Assembly (NCBI RefSeq): GCF_963921235.1
Contig: NC_086108.1
Location: forward strand, 76,014,001-76,078,000
DNA: 64,000 nt
Source of the DNA: Mobula hypostoma
Lineage: Eukaryota
Direction: 5' to 3'
Shown here: piece by piece, positions 41,301 through 50,300 of the stretch
Layout of the letters: the number at the start of each line of letters is the position of its first letter
Numbering within the stretch: the first letter of the stretch is position 1
The notes under the pieces: model-generated
Database searches by the model: none
The model's input: the letters and a program-made list of their open reading frames with translations, nothing else
Told to the model about the DNA's origin: nothing
Position numbers and translations under genes: made by a program

Positions 41301-44300
41301 GCCAAGATAAAGAAGGAAGTTTGCCATTGCTTGGATCTATGAACTGAAGCACAACCTAGAATGGCTTTACAACATTTTTAGGTGCAGATACAAGAAAAAA
41401 AACAGAGGCAGATCCTTTTCATTGAAAAAACAAATGGTTTTCATTGCAATGCACTTATCTAAACACCATATGGGAACAGGGTAGAGAAATATTGGTGGCA
41501 AATTTATTGAAATTGTCTATGGATAAGTATCATAAAACCATAAGACAAAGGAGCAGAAGTCGGCCATTCGGCCTATCGAGTCTGTTCCGCCATTTTATCA
41601 TGAGCTGATCCATTCTCCCATTTAGTCCCACTCCCCCGCCTTCTCACCATAACCTTTGATGCCCTGGCTACTCAGATACCTATCAATCTCTGCCTTAAAT
41701 ACACCCAATGACTTGGCCTCCACTGCCGCCCGTGGCAACAAATTCCATAGATTCACCAACCTCTGGCTAAAAAAAAATTCTTTGCATCTCTGTTCTGAAT
41801 GGGCGCCCTTCAATCCTTAAGTCATGCCCTCTCGTACTAGACACCCCATCATGGGAAACAACTTTGCCACATCCACTCTGTCCATGCCTTTCAACATTCA
41901 GAATGTTTCTATGAGGTCCCCCCGCCGCCATTCTTCTAAGCTCCAAGGAATACAGTCCAAGAGCGGACAAACGTTCCTCATATGTTAACCCTCTCATTCC
42001 TGGAATCATTCTAGTGAATCTTCTCTGTACCCTTTCCAACGTCAGCACATCCTTTCTTAAATAAGGAGACCAAAACTGCCCACGGTACTCCAAGTGAGGT
42101 CTCACCAGCACCTTATAGAGCCTCAACATCACATCCATGCTCCTATACTCTATTCCTCTAGAAATGAATGCCAACATTGCATTCGCCTTCTTCACCACTG
42201 ACTCAACCTGGAGGTTAACCTTAAGGGTATCCTGCACGAGGACTTCCAAGTCCCGTTGCATCTCAGAACTTTGAATTCTCTCCCCATTTAAATAATAGCC
42301 TCCCGTTTATTTGTTCTGCCAAAGTGCATAATCATACACTTTCCAGCATTGTATTTCGTTTGCCACTTCTTTGCCTATTCTCCCAATCTATCCAAGTCTC
42401 TCTGCAGACTCTGTTTCCTCAGCACTACTGGCCCCTCCACCTATCTTTGTATCATCAGCAAACTTAGCCACAAAGCCATCTATTCCATAGTCCAAATCGT
42501 TGATGTACAATGTAAAAAGAAGTGGCCCCAACATGGACCCTGTGGAACACCACTGGTAACCGGCAGCCAGCCAGAATAGGATCCCTTTATTCCCACACTC
42601 TGTTTCCTGCCAATTAGCCAATGCCCTATCCACGTATGTAACTTTCCCATAATTTAATGGGCTCTTATCTTGTTAAGCAGCCTCATGTGTGGCACCTTGT
42701 CAAAGGCATTCTGAAAATCCAAATATACAACATCCACTGCATCTCCCTTGTCTTTCCTCAAAAAATTGTAATAGGTTTGTCAGGCAGGATTTTCCTTTAA
42801 GGAAACCATGCTGAGTTCTGCCCATCTTGTCATATGCCTCCAAGTACTCTGTAATCTCATCCTTGACAATCGACTCCAACAACTTCCCAACCACTGATGT
42901 CAAGCTAACAGGTCTATAATTTCCTTTTTGCTTCCTTGCCCCCTTCTTAAATAGTGGAGTGACATTCTGCAATCTTCCAGTCCTCCGGAACCATGCCAGA
43001 ACCTATCGACTTTTGAAAGTAGTCATAGTCATAGTCATACTTTATTGATCCCGGGGGAAATTGGTTTTTATTACAGTTGCACCATAAATAACTAAATAGT
43101 AATATAAGCATAAATAATTAAATAGTAATATGTAAATTATGCCAGGAAATAAGTCCAGGACCGGCCTATTGGCTCAGTGTGTCTGACCCTCCAAGGGAGG
43201 AGTTGTAAAGTTTGATGGCCACAGGCAGGAATGACTTCCTATGACGCTCTGTGTTTCATCTCGGTGGAATGAGTCTCTGGCTGAATGTACTCCTGTGCCC
43301 AACCAGTATATTATGTAGTGGATGGGAGACATTGTCCAAGATGGCATGCAACTTGGACAGCATCCTCTTTTCACACACCACCATCAGAGAGTCCAGTTCC
43401 ATCCCCACAACATCACTGGCCTTACGAATGAGTTTGTTGATTCTGTTGATGTCTACTACCCTCAGCTTGCTGCCCCAGCACACAACAGCAAACATGATAG
43501 CACTGACCACCACAGACTCGTAGAACATCCTCAGCATCGTCCGGCAGATGTTAAAGGACCTCAGTCTCCTCAGGAAATAGAGACAGCTCTGACCCTTCTT
43601 GCAGACAGCCTCAGTGTCCTTTGACCAGTCCAGTTTATTGTCAATTCGTATCCCCAGGTATTTGTAATCCTCCACCATGTCCACACTGACCCCCTGGATG
43701 GAAACAGGGGTCACCGGTGCCTTAGCTCTCCCCAGGTCTACCACCAGCTCCTTAGTCTTTTTCACATTAAGCTGCAGATAATTCTGTTCACACCATGTGA
43801 CAAAGTTTCCTACCGTAGCCCTGTACTCAGCCTCATCGCCCTTGCTGATGCATCCAACTATGGCAGAGTCATCCAAAAACTTCTGAAGATGACAAGACTC
43901 TGTTCAGTAGTTGAAGTCCGAGGTGTAAATGGTGTAGAGAAAGGGAGACAAGACAGTCCCCTATGGAGCCCCAGTGCTGCTGATCACTCTGTCGGACACA
44001 CAGTGTTGCAAGAACACGTACTGTGGTCTGCCAGTCAGGTAATCAAGAATCCATGACACCAGGAAAGCATCCACCTGCATCGCTGTCAGCTTCTCCCCCA
44101 GCAGAGCAGGGTGGATGGTGTTGAACGCACTGGAGAAGTCAAAGAACAAGACCCTCACAGTGCTCGCTCATTGCTAACGTCTCCGCAATCTCCACAGCTA
44201 CTTCCTTCAAAACACGAGGGTGCATTCCATCTGGTCCGGGAGATTTATCTACCCTTAGACTATTCAGTTTCCTGAGTACTTTCTCTGTCGTGATTGTGAC

Positions 44301-47300
44301 TGCACACACTTCTCTTCCCTGACACCCTTGAGTGTCCACTATACTGCTGATGTCTTCCTCAGTGAAGACTGATGCAAAATACTCGTTTAGTTCCTCCGCC
44401 ATCCCCTTATCTCCCATTACAATTTCTCCAGCATCATTTTCTATCGGTCTTCTATCTACTCTCACCTGTCTTTTACTCTTTATATACTTGAAAAAGCTTT
44501 CAGTATCCTCTTTGATATTATTTGCTAGCTTCCTTTCATAGTTCATCTTTTCCCTCTTAATGACCTTCTTAGTTTCCTTTTGTAAGCTTTTAAAAACTTC
44601 CCAATCCTCTGTCTTCCCACTAATTTTTGCTTCCTTGTATGCCCTCTCCTTTGCTTTAACTTTGGCTTTGACTTCTCATCAGCCACGGTTGCATCCTTTT
44701 TCCATTTGAAAATCTCTTCTTTTTTGGAATATATCTGTCTTGCACCTTCCTCACTTCTCGCATAAACTCCAGCCACCGCTGCTCTGCTGTCCTTCTCGCT
44801 AGTGTCCCTTTCCAGTCGGCTTTGGCCAGTTCCTCTCTCATGCCACTGTAATTTCCTTTACTCCACTGAAATACCGACACATCGGATTTTGGCTTCTGTT
44901 TCTCAAATTTCACAGTGAACTCAGTCATGTTATGATCACTGCCTCCTAAGGGTTTCTTCACCTCAATCTCTCTAATCACCTCTGGTTCATTACACAGTAC
45001 CCATCTAGTACAGCCGATCCCCTAGTGGGCTCAACAACAAGCTGTTCTAAAAAGCCATTTTGCAGACATTCTACAAATTCTCTCTCGAGATCCAGTGCCG
45101 ACCTGATTTTCCCAATCCACTCGCATGTTAAGATCCCCCACAATTATCATAACACTGCCCTTCTGACAAGCCTTTTCTACTTCCTGTTGTAATTTGTAGT
45201 CCACATCACTGCAGCTGTTTGGAGGCCTGTATATAACTGCCATCAGGGTCCTTTTACCCCTGCAATTTCTTAGCTCAACCCATAAAGATTCTGCACCTCC
45301 AGATCCAATGTCACTTCTTTCTAATGATTTGATATCATTTCTTACCAATAAAGCCACGCCACCCCCTCTGCCTAACTGCCTATTCTTCCGATACACTGTG
45401 TATCCTTGGACATTCAGCTCCCAGAGATATGCATCCTTTAGCCACGTCTCAGTGATGGCTACAATATCATATCTGCCAATCTGTAGCTGTACAACAAGAT
45501 CATCCACCTTATTCCTTATGCTGCGTGCATTTAAGTATAGCACCTTAAGACCAGTATTTGGTACTGTTTGCTTTGATTGCACTGCAACTCATCCCAATGG
45601 CTGCAAACTTGCCCCATCACCTGCCTGTCTTTCCTGACATCTTTACAGCTCACTATCTTAAATTTATTTCTGTTTTCCCCTTCCTCCGTTCTATCATTTC
45701 GGTTCCCATCCCCCCTGCCAAATTAGTTTAAAACCTCCCTAACAACTCTATTAAACCTTCCTGCCAGGATATTGGTCCCCTTCAGGTTCAAGTGTAACCC
45801 GTCCATTTTGAACAGGTCATACTTCGCCCAGAAGAGATCCCAATGATCCAAGAATCTGAAGCCCTGCCCCCTGCACCAGTCTCTCAGCCACGCATTCATC
45901 TGCCTGATCCTACTATTCTTGCTCTCGCTAGCACGTGGCACAGGTAGCAATCCCGAGATTACTACCCTGGAGGTCCTGCTTCTCAGCTTCCTTCCTAACT
46001 CCCGGAAATCTCTCTTCAGGGCCTCCTCCCTTTTCCTATCTATGTCATTGGTACCAGCATGTACCAAGACAACTGGCTGCTCGCCCTCTCCCTTCAGAAT
46101 ATTCTGGACCCGATCTGAGACATCCCGTACCCTGGCACCTGGGAGGCAACACACCATACGAGTATCTCTATTGGGCTCATAGAATCTCCTATCTGTTCCC
46201 CTATGCTGCAAATAAAGTAGGATCCTGATCCAATAACAAACAAGAGAAAATCTGCAGATGCTGGAAATCTGAGCAACACACACAAAATGCTGGAGGAACT
46301 CAGCAAGCCAGGCAGTATCTATGGGAAAAAGTATAATCGATGTTTAGGTCCGAAACACTGACTGTACTTTTTCTCCCCCCATAGATGCTGCCTGGCCTGC
46401 TGAGTTCATCCAGCATTTTGTTTGTGTTGCAACTGATCCACTAAGGAGAGGAGCGTCTATGGGCAACTTGTGGAATTTGAACAATATATCTTTTCTAAAA
46501 AAAATACAGCTGCTGTTAAGTTAAACTAATTTAGTGCTATAGAATTAGTTAGAAAATAAACCTCTGGTTTGCCAGCAAGAAACTATCTAATTTCTTTTTA
46601 ATGTATAGGTCAGCATGTCCAATATATGTAAATATACTGTAAGTTTAGTTATTTAAAGTAAAATAAAGCATATATGTAAATATACTGTAAGTTTAGTTAT
46701 TTAAAGTAAAATAAAGCAGTGACTGTATAATCATGTCTAGGTTTTGGTGTGACCTCTCCAAGAAAGCTGTACTACATGTCAAAATAGATTGGTTTACCTT
46801 CCAAGTATCGAGTTCTATAGGCATCTTCCGGAAATATCCCACGTAGATATGTGATACATGATACTCCCAAAGCCATCATTCTTTTTGTGAATACAAGGGA
46901 TTGGTGTTCTGTTGCTACATCATTGGGAAATATTGCCGTCCACTAGCAGTGCAGGAAAGACAATGAGAAAGTAAAGTGAACATTTTGGAATCGTAGCACA
47001 TGAGAAAGTCTTCACAAACATAAGCTTCACAAATGAAATAAGGCAGGCATTCATTTTCAGCTTTATATTTACTGTAATCCAGAATACATTCTCCTCATGG
47101 ATATGAGAGTGGAACACCCCAAAATTAAAAGAAAACAGATTAATATCATTTTTACTTCAAAGTAATACTTCTAAATTCCAAAGGATTGGTTGGGGAAAAT
47201 GGAATACTTCATCATTATTCCAGACTGTTTATCAATATTTTGAAGATTGCCACAAAAATCCTACTAAGTACATTACCATAAGAGATTGTAACACTCTCCA

Positions 47301-50300
47301 CTTGCAGAAAACAAGTGTTTATGATTTACTGAGCTCAAAAATGCTTGGTTGTCATTTGATATTGAATCAATTGTGAAATAATTTTAACAGACCAAAACAT
47401 ATTTTGACCTATTGGTCTGCAGCTTTCCTAGTTTACTATTGGGGTGTACCAATTATTGTTGTAGTAGATAATTCTGTTATGTTGTTAGTTGCAAGGAATT
47501 TGCACTTAACTACACAGGGTCATTCTAAAATATCTGCCAACACAAAAAATCTATGCTCCTCTGCTGTTCACCTACATAATAAATGAATGGCAGAACTGAC
47601 TGAGTTGAGGTATTCATTGAAAATTACTAATTTTTTTTTTTGCTTTAATCTCCACTGTTGGTTCTGTGAGAATGTTACAGGAGAGAATCTGAGAACATGT
47701 TAGTAAACTCAAGGCACTATGTCTGCATGAGAAACTGAACAGGCTTTAAGCTGCAGTTACAGAAAGGATATTAGGAATATGGCATAAGTCTAATCTTAAT
47801 AATGATTTACTGAGGGACAGCAGTAGACCATCAGCCTCTCAATTCCATTTGCTCATTCAATGAGCTCCTATCTAAGATTATTACCTTTCTTGGTTCCATA
47901 TCTTTTCATTCTTTGCCTTGCCAAAATTTACTGTTCTCCTCATTAAAATTATTCAACAGCATTCACTTTTTTTGAGTATACCTTCCACATGTCCACCATA
48001 TTTTGTGTGAAGGTGTATTTCAAAACTTCTTCAATGAAAGGCTATACAAGTAAGTTTGAGGTATTCTTACAGCCAAAGCACTTACAAGGCATTGGCCAGA
48101 AAGTGACTCGTATAGGCACATTCTGGAGGTATGTTATTGCAATTTCTTTTCAATAGAATTGTGCATTTCCTCATCAAGAACACTGTATATAGTAACATAC
48201 CCAATATCTTTGCAATAATGATAAAGAAAAAGGTAACCATGTAGCAACTCAGTAGCAAGAATATACAATTAATTGCAAGTAAGAACAAAATCACAATTTA
48301 CACACGTGACAAGGATAGCCAAATTGAAATGCAGTTGCTGTAAGTTTAATCATTTAGTGCATGTAAGTATCACCCAAATTAACTTTGTTGTTGATATTTT
48401 AGTCATAAGGATTTTTCGCAGCACTATTTGAGTTACAGACGTCAAAATCAATTAAATTTATTGTCATCAACAGAAGCACATGCATGCACAGATGCAATCA
48501 AAAATTTACCCGCAGCAGCATCAAAGGCACACATCCATAAAAAAAACAAATTAAATATAAGGGTGGGTAGTTCGATCTTGAATCAGTGTGTTCCACTATT
48601 CACACTGGGTTTCTGTGCACTTCTGGTGCATGTAAATCAAGTTTTTAATATCACCCAAATGTTCCCCCACTTTCAGCAGTCATGGTCTAGGAATTTTTAG
48701 AATTATGACAGTATGCTGCATTTTTGCAATGCTGTTTCGAGCATATCCTTCAATCATTTCCATGTTCCTTAGTAACCCCTTCCTGTGACAGTTGGGAAAA
48801 TAGTGTCTGCTTCTGGAATCTAGTGTTGAGTATGCAACTAACAATGGAGCAAATTAAATGTTGCTGGATCTTTAATGCTGGAGAAGGAACTTCTCTTGGC
48901 AGAGAACATTGACATTGGTTTGCTTACACTTCCAGAGGTTTTATGGAGATGATAGTGGTGCCCTAAGGTGCTTGCTGTCATCAGATGTTCGAAGCATATT
49001 GGATAGCAGGGATTACTGCTACCTGTCATGGCATTCTTAAATGGGATAGGAGGCTTGAAGAGCCAAATGGTTAATTCCTGCTTTTATTTCTTGTGTTCTT
49101 AGGTAATTTAGTCACAAAGGTAAAAATACATCATGGAAATTCTGTCCTGAGTTCTTCCAACATTTGACCTTGTGTGTGTAATCACTGGATATACCATAAG
49201 AAACACAACACTTCTAGAAGGTGACTCTCTATCTTCTCCAAAGCAATCAAGTTGGGCATTATATGCAGGCCTAATCAGCAATGCTTATATCTTGTAAATG
49301 AATAAAAGGTTGACAGGGAAGTTGCAGAGGAGAACCAGGATGTGGCAGCAATACTTACAAGTTTGAACCTTTATCACTGGGGTCACAGGAGATTTTGCAG
49401 ATACTGGACAAAATGCTGGATGAACTCAGGAAGTCAGGCAGCACCTACTGAGGGAAATAAACAGTTGATGTTTTGGGCTGAGATTCTTCAACAAGACTAG
49501 AAAGGAGAGGAGCAGAAGCCAGAACGAGAAGGTGGGGGAGGAATACAAGTTGGCATGTGACAGATAGATAAGTCCAGATGAGGGTGAAGGTGTGTAGGTG
49601 AGTGGGAGGATGGACAGGAATCATGCGAGAAGCTGGGAGGTGATAGATAGAAGAGGTAAAAGGATGAAGAACAAGGAGTCTGATAGGAGAGGACTATGGA
49701 ATAAAGGGAAGGAGGTGATGGGGAGGTCATGAGGGCAGGTGAGGAGGATAGAAGGGGTGAGAGAGCCACTAGAATGGGGAAAAAGGTGGTGGGGGTGTGG
49801 GAAACAGAAGGGAGTTGTTACCAGAAATTAGAGAAATCAATGTTCATGTGTGGGTTGGATGTGTGGCCAGAGCTAGAGCTGAGATTTGAAAAAAACCCTT
49901 ACAAGCTTAAACATACAAGATCCTAAGGATACTTGATGCAGGTAGATGCTGAAATGTTTCCTGTAAGGGAGGGGGGAAGTCACAGACAATGGGATATATA
50001 CACACAAGGGGCTAGTTATTTAAATTGAGGTGCAAATTTTTATCTACTTCATTGACAATGACATTGGTGCTGCTTCCTACTCCCATGCAGAGTTCATCAA
50101 TGTCATCAACTTTGCCATCAGCTTCCATCCAATGCTTAAATTCACTTGGTTCAATACCAACACCTCACTCCCTTTTCTTGATTCCTTTGCCTCCATCTTT
50201 GGAATCAGGTCATTGGTCAACATCTTTTACAAACCTAATGACTCCAACAGTTAACTTGACCACACCTTTCCCACCCTGTTATTGTAAGGATATGCTAATC

